Shown one piece after another: positions 42,727 through 51,534 of a stretch of DNA of 51,534 nucleotides. This DNA comes from Escherichia phage vB_EcoS_ULIM2, in sequence record OQ850291, one strand, 5' to 3'. Each line of letters opens with the position of its first letter. Within the stretch, counting starts at the first letter, position 1. The notes beneath the pieces were generated by a model. It was given only the letters and a program-made list of their open reading frames with translations, did not search any database and was not told the DNA's origin. The translations under genes and the position numbers were made by a program.

Positions 42727-44295
42727 ATGATTCAATGGGAAGAACTCGACGCAACTCAGAAGTTGGCGATCAAAAAAATGAGCGAGGCCAATTTTGAAAA
42801 AATGATTCGGATCTGGTTCCAGCTTATGCAGGCGCAGCAGTTCCAGCCTAACTGGCATCACCTTTACCTCTGTCACGAAGTGGAGGAAATTATTGCAGGC
42901 CGACGCGGCAACACTATCTTTAACGTCACGCCAGGCTCCGGTAAAACTGAGGTGTTCTCAATTCACCTTCCGGTGTACGCAATGCTCAAGTGTAAAAAGG
43001 TGAGAAACCTTAACGTGTCGTTTGCCGACAGCTTAGTTAAGCGTAACAGTAAGCGTGTCCGTGAGATTATCAGCAGCAACGAATTTCAAGAGCTATGGCC
43101 TTGCAAGTTCGGTACATCGAAAGATGAGGAGATGCAGGTTCTTAACGAAGATGGAAAGGTTTGGTTTGAGTTGATATCCGCAGCGGCTGGCGGTCGTATT
43201 ACTGGTTCGCGTGGTGGCTACATGATGCCGGGATTCTCAGGGATGGTAATGCTCGACGACATCGACAAGCCTGATGATATGTTCTCAAAGGTTAAGCGTG
43301 AGCGTACGCACATGCTATTGAAAAACACCATCCGTTCCCGTCGTATGCATAACGAGACGCCTATTATTGCAATTCAGCAGCGACTACATGCCCAGGACTC
43401 AACCTGGTTCATGATGAATGGCGGCATGGGTATCGATTTCGACCAAATATCAATCCCGGCGCTTGTTACTGAAGAATACGGAAAGACGCTTCCTGACTGG
43501 TTGCAGCCTTACTTTGAGCGCGACGTTTTGTCGTCTGAGTATGTTGAATTGGACGGTGTTAAGCATTACTCTTTTTGGCCCAGCAAGGAAAGTGTGCACG
43601 ACCTGCTAGCTTTACGAGAAGCAGATCAGTATACCTTTGATTCTCAGTATCAGCAGAAGCCGATCGCGCTGGGTGGCTCCGTGTTTAACTCAGAGTGGTG
43701 GACTTATTACGGCAACAGCCTTGACGCTGACGAGCCAGATCCTGGTAAATATGATTACCGATTCATCACTGCCGATACCGCTCAGAAGACAGGCGAGCTA
43801 AACGACTACACGGTATTTTGTTTGTGGGGCAAGAAGAATGATAAGGTTTACTTTATCGACGGCATTCGCGGAAAGTGGGAAGCGCCGGATATGGAGAGGC
43901 AATTTACAGCTTTCGTCAATCAGGCATGGAGGCACAATAAATCAATGGGGGTACTTCGTAAAATCTATGTGGAAGATAAGGCGAGCGGTACGGGCTTAAT
44001 CCAGAACCTAAGGAAAAAGACTCCGATATCCATCACTCCATTGCAGCGTAACAAAGACAAAGTTACCCGAGCTATGGATGCTCAGCCAGTTATTAAAGCC
44101 GGGCGTGTGGTTCTGCCAGAAGAGCACCCTATGCTTGCTGAAATTATCGCTGAGCACAGCGCCTTTACTTACGATGACACCCACCCGCATGATGATATCG
44201 TCGATAACTTCATGGATGCGGCGAACATCGAATTGCTGACCATTGATGATCCTATCGAGAGAATGAAGCGACTCGCCGGGATGGTTAAGCGGTAA
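42727..44295 (+). CDS. Terminase large subunit (522 aa)
   Basis: Walker A VTPGSGKTEV near the N-terminus, acidic nuclease-type C-terminal half, followed by the portal gene. Confidence 0.8.
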   Translation: MIQWEELDATQKLAIKKMSEANFEKMIRIWFQLMQAQQFQPNWHHLYLCHEVEEIIAGRRGNTIFNVTPGSGKTEVFSIHLPVYAMLKCKKVRNLNVSFADSLVKRNSKRVREIISSNEFQELWPCKFGTSKDEEMQVLNEDGKVWFELISAAAGGRITGSRGGYMMPGFSGMVMLDDIDKPDDMFSKVKRERTHMLLKNTIRSRRMHNETPIIAIQQRLHAQDSTWFMMNGGMGIDFDQISIPALVTEEYGKTLPDWLQPYFERDVLSSEYVELDGVKHYSFWPSKESVHDLLALREADQYTFDSQYQQKPIALGGSVFNSEWWTYYGNSLDADEPDPGKYDYRFITADTAQKTGELNDYTVFCLWGKKNDKVYFIDGIRGKWEAPDMERQFTAFVNQAWRHNKSMGVLRKIYVEDKASGTGLIQNLRKKTPISITPLQRNKDKVTRAMDAQPVIKAGRVVLPEEHPMLAEIIAEHSAFTYDDTHPHDDIVDNFMDAANIELLTIDDPIERMKRLAGMVKR

Positions 44296-44312
44296 TAAAT
44301 GAGATATAATTA

Positions 44313-44337
44313 GGGCTGTCAATTGACGGCCCTTTTT
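44313..44337 (+). terminator. Terminator/attenuator between terminase and portal genes
   Basis: GGCTGTCAA/TTGACGGCC palindromic stem followed by TTTTT. Confidence 0.5.
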
Positions 44338-44349
44338 ATTGGAGGAAAC

Positions 44350-45633
44350 ATGAAAATTGTTAAGCATGATGGATATAACGATATCTTTAACGGCGGCGCG
44401 GACGGATCGCCTAAGCCATTCTTTATGTCTGATGCATCATATCACGTCGGTTCTTTCTACAACGACAACGCAACCGCTAAGCGAATTGTGGATGTTATCC
44501 CGGAAGAGATGGTGACGGCTGGTTTTAAAATGTCAGGCGTTAAGGATGAAAAAGAGTTCAAGTCTTTATGGGATAGCTACAAGCTTGATTCAAGTCTGGT
44601 GGATCTTCTTTGTTGGGCGCGACTTTACGGTGGCGCGGCGATGGTGGCAATCATCAAAGACAACCGGATGTTAACCAGTCAGGCAAAGCCTGGAGCCAAA
44701 CTTGAAGGCGTACGAGTTTACGATCGATTTGCTATCACTGTTGAAAAGCGAGTCACTAATGCAAGATCCCCTCGCTATGGTGAGCCTGAAATTTACAAGG
44801 TATCCCCTGGCGACAATATGCAGCCGTATCTGATTCATCACTCAAGAGTCTTTATTGCTGATGGTGAACGAGTAACGCAACAAGCAAGAAAGCAGAATCA
44901 AGGATGGGGAGCTTCGGTATTGAACAAGTCACTGATTGATGCAATCTGTGACTATGATTACTGTGAATCTCTGGCTACTCAGATCTTGCGACGTAAGCAA
45001 CAGGCTGTATGGAAGGTCAAAGGTCTTGCCGAAATGTGCGATGATGACGACGCTCAGTATGCGGCGCGCCTGCGACTTGCTCAGGTTGATGATAACTCCG
45101 GTGTAGGTCGCGCGATCGGTATCGACGCTGAGACGGAAGAATACGACGTTCTCAACTCTGATATCAGCGGAGTCCCTGAGTTCTTATCAAGCAAGATGGA
45201 CCGCATTGTCTCCCTATCCGGGATTCATGAGATTATCATCAAGAATAAGAACGTAGGCGGCGTATCAGCGAGCCAAAACACGGCGCTTGAGACTTTCTAT
45301 AAGTTAGTCGATCGCAAGCGCGAGGAAGATTACAGGCCGCTTCTTGAGTTCTTGTTGCCGTTCATTGTTGATGAGGAAGAGTGGTCGATCGAGTTTGAGC
45401 CTTTGTCTGTTCCTAGTAAGAAAGAGGAATCAGAGATCACGAAGAATAACGTTGAGTCAGTCACGAAGGCTATCACTGAGCAAATCATCGATCTGGAAGA
45501 AGCTCGCGACACATTGCGATCCATTGCCCCTGAGTTCAAACTCAAGGATGGTAATAACATCAACATTCGCGAACCGGAAGAAACAACCGAGCCGGAACCG
45601 GGGTTAGGGGAGAAGTTAGAAGATGAAAATTAA
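44350..45633 (+). CDS. Portal protein (427 aa)
   Basis: Size and position directly after TerL; GGAGG RBS and ATG at 44350; acidic C-terminus. Confidence 0.65.
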   Translation: MKIVKHDGYNDIFNGGADGSPKPFFMSDASYHVGSFYNDNATAKRIVDVIPEEMVTAGFKMSGVKDEKEFKSLWDSYKLDSSLVDLLCWARLYGGAAMVAIIKDNRMLTSQAKPGAKLEGVRVYDRFAITVEKRVTNARSPRYGEPEIYKVSPGDNMQPYLIHHSRVFIADGERVTQQARKQNQGWGASVLNKSLIDAICDYDYCESLATQILRRKQQAVWKVKGLAEMCDDDDAQYAARLRLAQVDDNSGVGRAIGIDAETEEYDVLNSDISGVPEFLSSKMDRIVSLSGIHEIIIKNKNVGGVSASQNTALETFYKLVDRKREEDYRPLLEFLLPFIVDEEEWSIEFEPLSVPSKKEESEITKNNVESVTKAITEQIIDLEEARDTLRSIAPEFKLKDGNNINIREPEETTEPEPGLGEKLEDEN

Positions 45634-46375
45634 TGGCGTTGCAACACAGTGGCGCTATCCTGAAATGAGCGAGCGCGCAATGTCGCGCTCCCTACAGGAT
45701 GTTGCAGCCAAACTAACTGAAAAAATGCGTGACGAATTAAAGCCGATGAAATTTGACGCTACCGACGAAGAGATAGATCAGGCAGAAAGGTCATTGCTTG
45801 ATTACGTTGAATCACTCATCGCTCCGATTATTGGTTCTCTATCATCCGTTGCGCTCACGATCTATAAATTCAACTCTAAGCAGTGGCTGCGTATCGCTCG
45901 CAATGCTGGAGGTAAGAAGAATCAAGCCGTGATGCTACTTTCCCTGATTGGTCCTACCGCTGCCGAAAGCTGGTACTCAGGACAATATAATCTGTGGCGA
46001 TCGCAGGTGACTACTTCTATCAGGAAATTTGCCGCCAACATGGTTACTGATTTCACTGATAAACTTCGTGCAGCATCCGGTCAGGGTAAAAGCAAGGATT
46101 TTGTTGTTGAACTGGCTAAGGAGCGATTTGGTATTTACCGAAGCTGGGCCAAAAACAGGGCGTCGGGAATTGTCGGAACATGGAACAGTAGACTGATGCG
46201 GCAGCGCATAAAAGACGCTGGTGTATCTTACTATTTCTGGCGCGGGGTGATGGATTTACGCGAACGTGAAAAACATGTAAGATGGGAAGGTAAGCGCATA
46301 GCGGTAGATTCCGATCATGTATTCCCGGGTGAGGAATACAATTGCCGCTGTTGGGCTGTTCCATCGTTCACATAA
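45623..46375 (+). CDS. Head morphogenesis protein (250 aa)
   Basis: Position after the portal gene with overlapping start; C-terminal CRCW motif. Family not verified. Confidence 0.45.
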   Translation: MKINGVATQWRYPEMSERAMSRSLQDVAAKLTEKMRDELKPMKFDATDEEIDQAERSLLDYVESLIAPIIGSLSSVALTIYKFNSKQWLRIARNAGGKKNQAVMLLSLIGPTAAESWYSGQYNLWRSQVTTSIRKFAANMVTDFTDKLRAASGQGKSKDFVVELAKERFGIYRSWAKNRASGIVGTWNSRLMRQRIKDAGVSYYFWRGVMDLREREKHVRWEGKRIAVDSDHVFPGEEYNCRCWAVPSFT

Positions 46376-46390
46376 AGGAGGTGATGAATA

Positions 46391-46873
46391 GTGAATTTTA
46401 ATGATTTGTTTTACCATGAAGGAAAGGATCTCATATGGAAGGTTAGCACATCAAGAAGGGTAAAGGTTGGTGATGTAGCAGGATGGAAGGATGAGCTAGG
46501 GTATGTTTATGTAAGAGTTAACGGTAAGCTAATTCCTGCTCATAGGATAATATGGGAGATGCACTACGGAAAAATTCCAGAAGGTATGGAGATAGACCAC
46601 ATAAATCATATAACCGACGATAACAGGATTGAAAACTTAAGACTGGTAACGAGGAAAGATAACTGCAAAAACGTATCCATGAGCAAATCTAACAAGAGCG
46701 GAGTGGTTGGAGTTAGCTGGTGCAAAAGGACTTGCAAATGGTTTGCATCAATTAGAGTTGATAGAAAGGAAAAGTTTTTGGGTAGATATGATAAAATTGA
46801 GGATGCAGCAGCAGCAAGAAAGGCGGCTGAGTTAAAATACAATTTTCACAAAAATCACGGGAGTAAAAAATGA
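46391..46873 (+). CDS. HNH homing endonuclease with AP2-type DNA-binding domain (160 aa)
   Basis: IDHINHITDDNRIENLRLVTRKDN HNH motif, then AP2-like SGVVGVSWCKRTCKWFASIRV...AAAARKAAE; AT-rich gene with AGG/AGA/ATA codons unlike its neighbours. Confidence 0.75.
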   Translation: MNFNDLFYHEGKDLIWKVSTSRRVKVGDVAGWKDELGYVYVRVNGKLIPAHRIIWEMHYGKIPEGMEIDHINHITDDNRIENLRLVTRKDNCKNVSMSKSNKSGVVGVSWCKRTCKWFASIRVDRKEKFLGRYDKIEDAAAARKAAELKYNFHKNHGSKK

Positions 46874-47982
46874 AGGCAAAGCAAAGATTCGATTCAGTAA
46901 AAATCAAGGCGCACTTTGATGATAACGGTTTTTTAGTTGACCGCCCAATCGTGGCGCGAATCGGCGCTCAGGTTTACAAAACGCCGCACGGCGATCGAGT
47001 TGAGTTCCGTCCGGCGTCCGAAGTTTTCAAGCAAGATTCCTTGCAAAGTTTTGCAGGCAAGCCGATCACAGTCGGTCACGTAACGGTAACTCCGCAGAAT
47101 GCTAAGGACGTTGTTGTCGGATCGTGTGCTGGCGCTGGTATTGCTTCAGGGGTTGGCGTTGAAGTTCCTTTGAGTATTTACAGCGACTACGCGATCAGCA
47201 AGGCTAAAGCAAAAGAAGCAGGTGAATTATCTGTTGGTTATACTTCGGTTGACATTGATAAGCCTGGTTGGGGTTCAAATGAGACTGGAGAATATATCTT
47301 CGAAGAGGATATGAAGCAGGACGAAGCGCCGCCTGAAGGCTGGGTGAAATTTGACGCGGTACAGACCAATATCAAGGTCAACCATATTGCCCTAGTTTTT
47401 AAAGGTCGTGCGGGAATTGCTAAATTAAATCTTGATGCCGAACAGGAGTTCCCGTATGATAATAACGTTCAATTAACTAACGAGGACAAGCAAATGAAAA
47501 AAATTAAGATCGACTCAGTTGATGTGGAAGTAACCGAAGACGTTGCGAACCATATCGAAAAATTAACCGCGCAGATTGCCACCATTCAGGGGAAAGCTGA
47601 TGGCTTCGAAGCTGAGCGCGATGCGCTGAAGGTTAAGGTTGACTCCCTGCCGGAACTGGTTAAGGCCGAGGTAGAGAAGCAAAAAGCCGATGCCGCCGCA
47701 CGCGCAGAAGTTACCGCAGTAGCAGAAACCGCAGGTGTCAAACATGATGGTCTTGATATCAAAGACGTCAAGATTGCCGTGGTTAAAGCCATGCTTGATA
47801 AAGATGTTAGTGAAAAATCAGACGCATATATCGACGCTATGTTTGATGTTGCTAAAGATTCTGATATCATGGCTATTCAGCGTAAAGCAGTAAAAGGCGA
47901 CTCTATCGAAGGCGGCAAGCCGGAAGAGAAAAACGACGCCGCTCCTGTTACGCCAAATTCACGTTTAAGCAAAGTAATGTAA
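46870..47982 (+). CDS. Putative head scaffolding protein (370 aa)
   Basis: Position between portal/morphogenesis and capsid genes; C-terminal half is a long E/K/A-rich coiled-coil-like region. Confidence 0.45.
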   Translation: MKAKQRFDSVKIKAHFDDNGFLVDRPIVARIGAQVYKTPHGDRVEFRPASEVFKQDSLQSFAGKPITVGHVTVTPQNAKDVVVGSCAGAGIASGVGVEVPLSIYSDYAISKAKAKEAGELSVGYTSVDIDKPGWGSNETGEYIFEEDMKQDEAPPEGWVKFDAVQTNIKVNHIALVFKGRAGIAKLNLDAEQEFPYDNNVQLTNEDKQMKKIKIDSVDVEVTEDVANHIEKLTAQIATIQGKADGFEAERDALKVKVDSLPELVKAEVEKQKADAAARAEVTAVAETAGVKHDGLDIKDVKIAVVKAMLDKDVSEKSDAYIDAMFDVAKDSDIMAIQRKAVKGDSIEGGKPEEKNDAAPVTPNSRLSKVM

Positions 47983-47993
47983 GGAGAAATATC

Positions 47994-48470
47994 ATGGCAC
48001 AGATTAACGCATCTTATCAGCGCGATATGGCGATCGCCCTTCCGGGTATGGTTGCCGATACTTCCAAGTACAATATTGACGGCGCCTGCGTCGTTAATGA
48101 AGGAGATGTTTTTGTTGGCGCTGCCGTACAGGTTGTTCAAGCTCAGGCGGTTGATGGTCATAAGTTAGTTAAGGCTCTTACTACCGGAACCACTCCTTAC
48201 GGCGTGGCAATCCGATCTCACTGGCAGACTGTTAATGCTCAAAATCAGATGGTTTACGAAGATGGCGGCGCTATCAACGTGATGACTTCAGGCCGAGTAT
48301 GGATGCTTTCCAAATCTACCGAAGCACCAACTTTCGGCTCTGCCGTTAAACTTGATGTTGATGGTCAAGAGAAATCTGATGGCACGATCGAAACAACCTG
48401 GACCTACGCTGGCGGCTGGACTAAATACAAAGATATTCAGCTTGTAGAGGTTCAGTTGCATCAACTGTAA
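47994..48470 (+). CDS. Capsid-associated protein, paralog A (158 aa), putative decoration protein
   Basis: N-terminal 100 residues align by eye with the next gene (ADTSKYNIDGACV / SDTSTYNIDGSCV; TTPYGVAIRS / GTPYGIAFRS). Confidence 0.45.
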   Translation: MAQINASYQRDMAIALPGMVADTSKYNIDGACVVNEGDVFVGAAVQVVQAQAVDGHKLVKALTTGTTPYGVAIRSHWQTVNAQNQMVYEDGGAINVMTSGRVWMLSKSTEAPTFGSAVKLDVDGQEKSDGTIETTWTYAGGWTKYKDIQLVEVQLHQL

Positions 48471-48485
48471 TTAGCATTTAATATA

Positions 48486-48515
48486 AGGACTATCCTTTTG
48501 GATAGTCCTTTTTTT
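48486..48515 (+). terminator. Strong rho-independent terminator between the two paralogs
   Basis: Perfect 10-bp stem AGGACTATCC/GGATAGTCCT followed by 7 T. Confidence 0.7.
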
Positions 48516-48529
48516 ATGGAGAAATTATT

Positions 48530-49297
48530 ATGGCTTACGAAAATTTGTTCTTGCGCCCAGCGTGTCCTGGCAATCTTTCTGATACTTCAACCTACAATAT
48601 TGATGGATCTTGTGTTGCTCAGGGTGATATTGAGTTCGGCGCTGCGGTTCAGGTTGCCGGGATCGTTGATGGAGTGAAGGTTGTAAAGGCTCTTGATGAT
48701 GGTGGAACTCCTTACGGTATCGCTTTCCGTTCTCAATATGAACACCTGAGCGGTAAAATCTTAGACGGTGAAGTTTGCAACGTCGTTTCTCATGGTCGCA
48801 TGTGGACCCTCACTTCTCTTGATGAATCTCCGGCCTTATTCTCAAAGTTACAATTTGGATCTGGTGGAGTTGTTACTGGTGGATCTGGTTCCGCAGGATG
48901 GACCTTTGCGGGTGGCTTTGTTAAGCACGAAGACGGTCACATTATTGAGGTTCAGGTGAAACAAAATGCTTTCATCGTTCCACCGCCGCCGCCCCCTGTC
49001 GTTCTTGTTGAATCCGCTACAATCACCACTAACAAGGAAAGTCCTCAGCCAAACAATGTTACGATCCAGTGTGTAGCTAATGTTCTTCCGGTTAATGCAA
49101 CTGACAAGACTGGTAAGTGGTCAATCGATGCCACCAATATCGCCACCATCGATCCGGACTCAGGTCTTGTGACTCCTGTTGGTGGAGAAACAGTCGGTGA
49201 TTTCAATATCACATGGACGGCTAACGATGACAGCAAGACGACGGCGACCATTGCTTATCGCGTAGAAGCAGTGCCAACGCCAGAGGTTGATGTATAA
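48530..49297 (+). CDS. Capsid-associated protein, paralog B, with poly-proline linker and Ig-like (Big_2-type) C-terminal domain (255 aa)
   Basis: Shared N-terminal domain with paralog A; PPPPPPVVLV linker; C-terminal region with alternating beta-like pattern typical of bacterial Ig-like domains. Confidence 0.45.
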   Translation: MAYENLFLRPACPGNLSDTSTYNIDGSCVAQGDIEFGAAVQVAGIVDGVKVVKALDDGGTPYGIAFRSQYEHLSGKILDGEVCNVVSHGRMWTLTSLDESPALFSKLQFGSGGVVTGGSGSAGWTFAGGFVKHEDGHIIEVQVKQNAFIVPPPPPPVVLVESATITTNKESPQPNNVTIQCVANVLPVNATDKTGKWSIDATNIATIDPDSGLVTPVGGETVGDFNITWTANDDSKTTATIAYRVEAVPTPEVDV

Positions 49298-49318
49298 CAT
49301 AAAAACACTTTAACGCTT

Positions 49319-49333
49319 TAACAAAAAGTGCTA
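49319..49333 (-). promoter_or_regulatory. Palindromic box in leftward orientation at the end of paralog B
   Basis: Reads TAACAAAAAGTGCTA on the plus strand; candidate -10 TATACA 22 bp to the left. Confidence 0.35.
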
Positions 49334-49341
49334 TTATTGAA

Positions 49342-49367
49342 GCCGTGAACATAATCACGGCTTTTTT
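49342..49367 (+). terminator. Rho-independent terminator before the major capsid gene
   Basis: GCCGTGA-acataa-TCACGGC followed by TTTTTT. Confidence 0.6.
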
Positions 49368-49388
49368 ATTAACTACGGAGAAGTAATC

Positions 49389-50348
49389 ATGACTACTAAA
49401 AAATTTGATGAAGCAGATAAAAGCAATGTTGAAATGTATCTGATCCAGGCTGGCGTAAAACAGGATGCAGCCGCAACGATGGGTATTTGGACCGCTCAGG
49501 AACTACACCGCATCAAAAGCCAGTCCTATGAAGAAGACTACCCGGTCGGCTCCGCTCTACGCGTATTCCCGGTTACAACCGATCTTTCTCCGACTGATAA
49601 GACGTTTGAATACATGACCTTTGATAAGGTTGGTACTGCGCAGATTATCGCGGACTACACTGACGACCTGCCGCTTGTTGATGCCCTGGGTACTTCTGAG
49701 TTCGGTAAAGTGTTCCGCCTGGGTAACGCGTACCTGATTTCAATTGACGAAATCAAAGCAGGTCAGGCAACTGGTCGTCCGCTGTCAACTCGTAAGGCAA
49801 GCGCATGTCAGTTAGCACACGACCAACTGGTTAACCGCCTGGTGTTCAAAGGTTCAGCGCCGCACAAGATCGTGTCCGTGTTCAATCATCCGAACATCAC
49901 CAAAATTACCTCCGGTAAGTGGATGGATGGCGCAACTCAGAAACCGGAAACGGCTGAAGCTGAATTGACTCAAGCGATCGAAACCATCGAGACGATTACT
50001 CGGGGCCAACACCGAGCAACCAACATCCTGATTCCGCCTTCCATGCGTAAGGTTTTGGCGATTCGTATGCCTGAGACTACTATGTCTTATCTGGACTATT
50101 TCAAGTCTCAGAACTCCGGTATCGAAATCGACTCTATCGCAGAGCTTGAGGATATCGACGGCGCAGGCACTAAAGGTGTGCTGGTGTACGAAAAGAATCC
50201 GATGAACATGTCCATCGAGATCCCGGAAGCATTTAACATGCTGCCAGCGCAGCCGAAAGACTTGCACTTTAAAGTGCCTTGCACCTCTAAATGTACTGGT
50301 CTTACAATTTATCGCCCGATGACTATTGTCTTAATCACTGGCGTGTAA
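49389..50348 (+). CDS. Major capsid protein (319 aa)
   Basis: Position in the head module, flanked by terminators on both sides, GGAG RBS; size typical of HK97-fold capsid proteins. Confidence 0.6.
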   Translation: MTTKKFDEADKSNVEMYLIQAGVKQDAAATMGIWTAQELHRIKSQSYEEDYPVGSALRVFPVTTDLSPTDKTFEYMTFDKVGTAQIIADYTDDLPLVDALGTSEFGKVFRLGNAYLISIDEIKAGQATGRPLSTRKASACQLAHDQLVNRLVFKGSAPHKIVSVFNHPNITKITSGKWMDGATQKPETAEAELTQAIETIETITRGQHRATNILIPPSMRKVLAIRMPETTMSYLDYFKSQNSGIEIDSIAELEDIDGAGTKGVLVYEKNPMNMSIEIPEAFNMLPAQPKDLHFKVPCTSKCTGLTIYRPMTIVLITGV

Positions 50349-50354
50349 TATTAT

Positions 50355-50383
50355 AGGGGCTAACTTAGTTAGTCCCTTTTTTT
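50355..50383 (+). terminator. Rho-independent terminator after the major capsid gene
   Basis: 10-bp stem AGGGGCTAAC/GTTAGTCCCT followed by 7 T. Confidence 0.7.
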
Positions 50384-50398
50384 ATTGGAGAAATCAAA

Positions 50399-50689
50399 AT
50401 GGCTAAAGAAAAAACTGTTGTTATCGTAAACGTTGGTGTAGCTCTTCAGATGTTCCGCATGGAAGATGGAACTTTCGCAAAGGTTCTCCCTGATCAGGAA
50501 ATCACCTTGCCTGCAAGTGTTCTTGATCTTCCAGGCATTCGGTGCTTGATTCACCGCGAAGAGTTGGAAGTAAAAGACAACAGTGCGCTAAACCGTGAGA
50601 TTCGTCAGGAAATGGAGAAGGCTAAAAAACCTGATCCGTGGGATAAGATGAGCGTAAAAGAGCTTGAAGACGGCGGCGAATACTATTAA
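50399..50689 (+). CDS. Hypothetical structural-module protein (96 aa)
   Basis: GGAG RBS; bracketed by two terminators. Confidence 0.45.
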   Translation: MAKEKTVVIVNVGVALQMFRMEDGTFAKVLPDQEITLPASVLDLPGIRCLIHREELEVKDNSALNREIRQEMEKAKKPDPWDKMSVKELEDGGEYY

Positions 50690-50695
50690 TCAACA

Positions 50696-50718
50696 AGGCG
50701 CTTAATGCGCCTTTTTTT
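50696..50718 (+). terminator. Rho-independent terminator
   Basis: AGGCGC-ttaat-GCGCCT followed by 7 T. Confidence 0.65.
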
Positions 50719-50731
50719 ATAGGTGGAAATT

Positions 50732-51142
50732 ATGGATCAAGAAACATTAAACAAAGTGGTTGAGCAAATGCGAAAGCTGGTTCCGGCACTTCGTAAGGTT
50801 CCAGACGAAACGCTTTATGCGTGGGTAGAAATGGCTGAGCTATTTGTATGTCAGAAGACCTTTAAAGATGCATACGTCAAGGCGCTTGCTCTTTATGCAT
50901 TGCACCTTGCTTTCCTTGATGGGGCGCTAAAAGGTGAAGATGAGGATCTTGAATCGTACTCACGACGCGTTACGTCATTCTCCCTGAACGGTGAATTTAG
51001 CCAGACTTTCGGAGAGGTGACGAAGAACCAGTCAGGAAACATGATGCTTTCGACGCCGTGGGGTAAGATGTTCGAACAGCTTAAAGCGCGACGCCGTGGT
51101 CGATTCGCATTAATGACAGGACTCCGTGGAGGATGCCACTAA
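50732..51142 (+). CDS. Putative head-tail connector/head completion protein (136 aa)
   Basis: ATG at 50732 with AGGTGG RBS; position after the capsid genes. Confidence 0.4.
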   Translation: MDQETLNKVVEQMRKLVPALRKVPDETLYAWVEMAELFVCQKTFKDAYVKALALYALHLAFLDGALKGEDEDLESYSRRVTSFSLNGEFSQTFGEVTKNQSGNMMLSTPWGKMFEQLKARRRGRFALMTGLRGGCH

Positions 51143-51513
51143 TGAACTACTCACAGATTGAAAGGATGGCTCGCAAAGGCGTTGCTTTCTTCACCGATCC
51201 GTCAAGACCTATGAACCTGATAAAACAAGGTGAATACGGATATGATGAAAACGGATTTGAGATCCCACCAATGGAACAGGTTATTCCAATATCCGGCGCG
51301 ACGCGAAGACCTAACGCGCGTGAGATTGACGGTGAAACTATCCGCGCCTCAGATATTTTGGGGATCTTCAATAATGATCATGAAATAAACGAAGGTGACT
51401 ATATAGAGATTGATGGCATTCGTCATGTTGTCGTTGATGCTCGCCCGGTTCAGGCGTCACTGGAACCAATCGCCTATCGTCCAGTATTGCGGAGGGTATC
51501 AGTAGGTGGCTAA
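51142..51513 (+). CDS. Putative head-tail adaptor protein (123 aa), crosses the repeat junction
   Basis: ATG at 51142 with GGAGG RBS; its last 106 nt lie inside the terminal repeat and are duplicated at positions 1-106. Confidence 0.4.
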   Translation: MNYSQIERMARKGVAFFTDPSRPMNLIKQGEYGYDENGFEIPPMEQVIPISGATRRPNAREIDGETIRASDILGIFNNDHEINEGDYIEIDGIRHVVVDARPVQASLEPIAYRPVLRRVSVGG

Positions 51514-51534
51514 TTATCAAATTCGTAGATTTCA

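Noticed and set aside
1-51534. Integrase, CI-type repressor, attachment site or other lysogeny module
   Set aside because: No tyrosine or serine recombinase-like ORF and no repressor/Cro pair were recognisable anywhere; the genome reads as a virulent phage. Absence judged by eye only.

Overview
The window is a complete tailed dsDNA phage genome, closed on itself: bases 1-127 are identical to 51408-51534, so the unique unit is about 51,407 bp and gene 51142..51513 runs across the junction. By gene content and order (recognised from memory, no database search possible) it looks T1-like (Drexlerviridae-type siphovirus): TerS/TerL, portal, capsid genes, lambda-like tail genes (G/GT frameshift, tape measure, M, L, K, I, J), Cor-like lipoprotein, exonuclease/Erf/SSB, a tail fibre with a C-terminal chaperone domain on the opposite strand, primase-like protein, SF2 helicase, VRR-NUC, Dam methylase, and a lysis cassette. 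Two accessory blocks of small genes lie at 26.3-32.9 kb (minus strand) and 33.5-42.1 kb (plus strand). No integrase, repressor, tRNA or CRISPR array was seen by eye, so the phage is probably virulent. The most striking feature is a conserved palindromic box, TAGCAC-N3-TTGCTA, present about 25 times, usually exactly 22 bp upstream of a TATAGT-like -10 that sits inside a short inverted repeat. Other notable signals are two AT-rich divergent control regions that share motifs, a family of unannotated small hydrophobic peptides, and a small acidic protein whose C-terminus resembles the SSB tail. All calls are from reading the sequence and ORF track; starts were moved to the first ATG/GTG with a Shine-Dalgarno where the track's longest ORF ran into a promoter or neighbouring gene.
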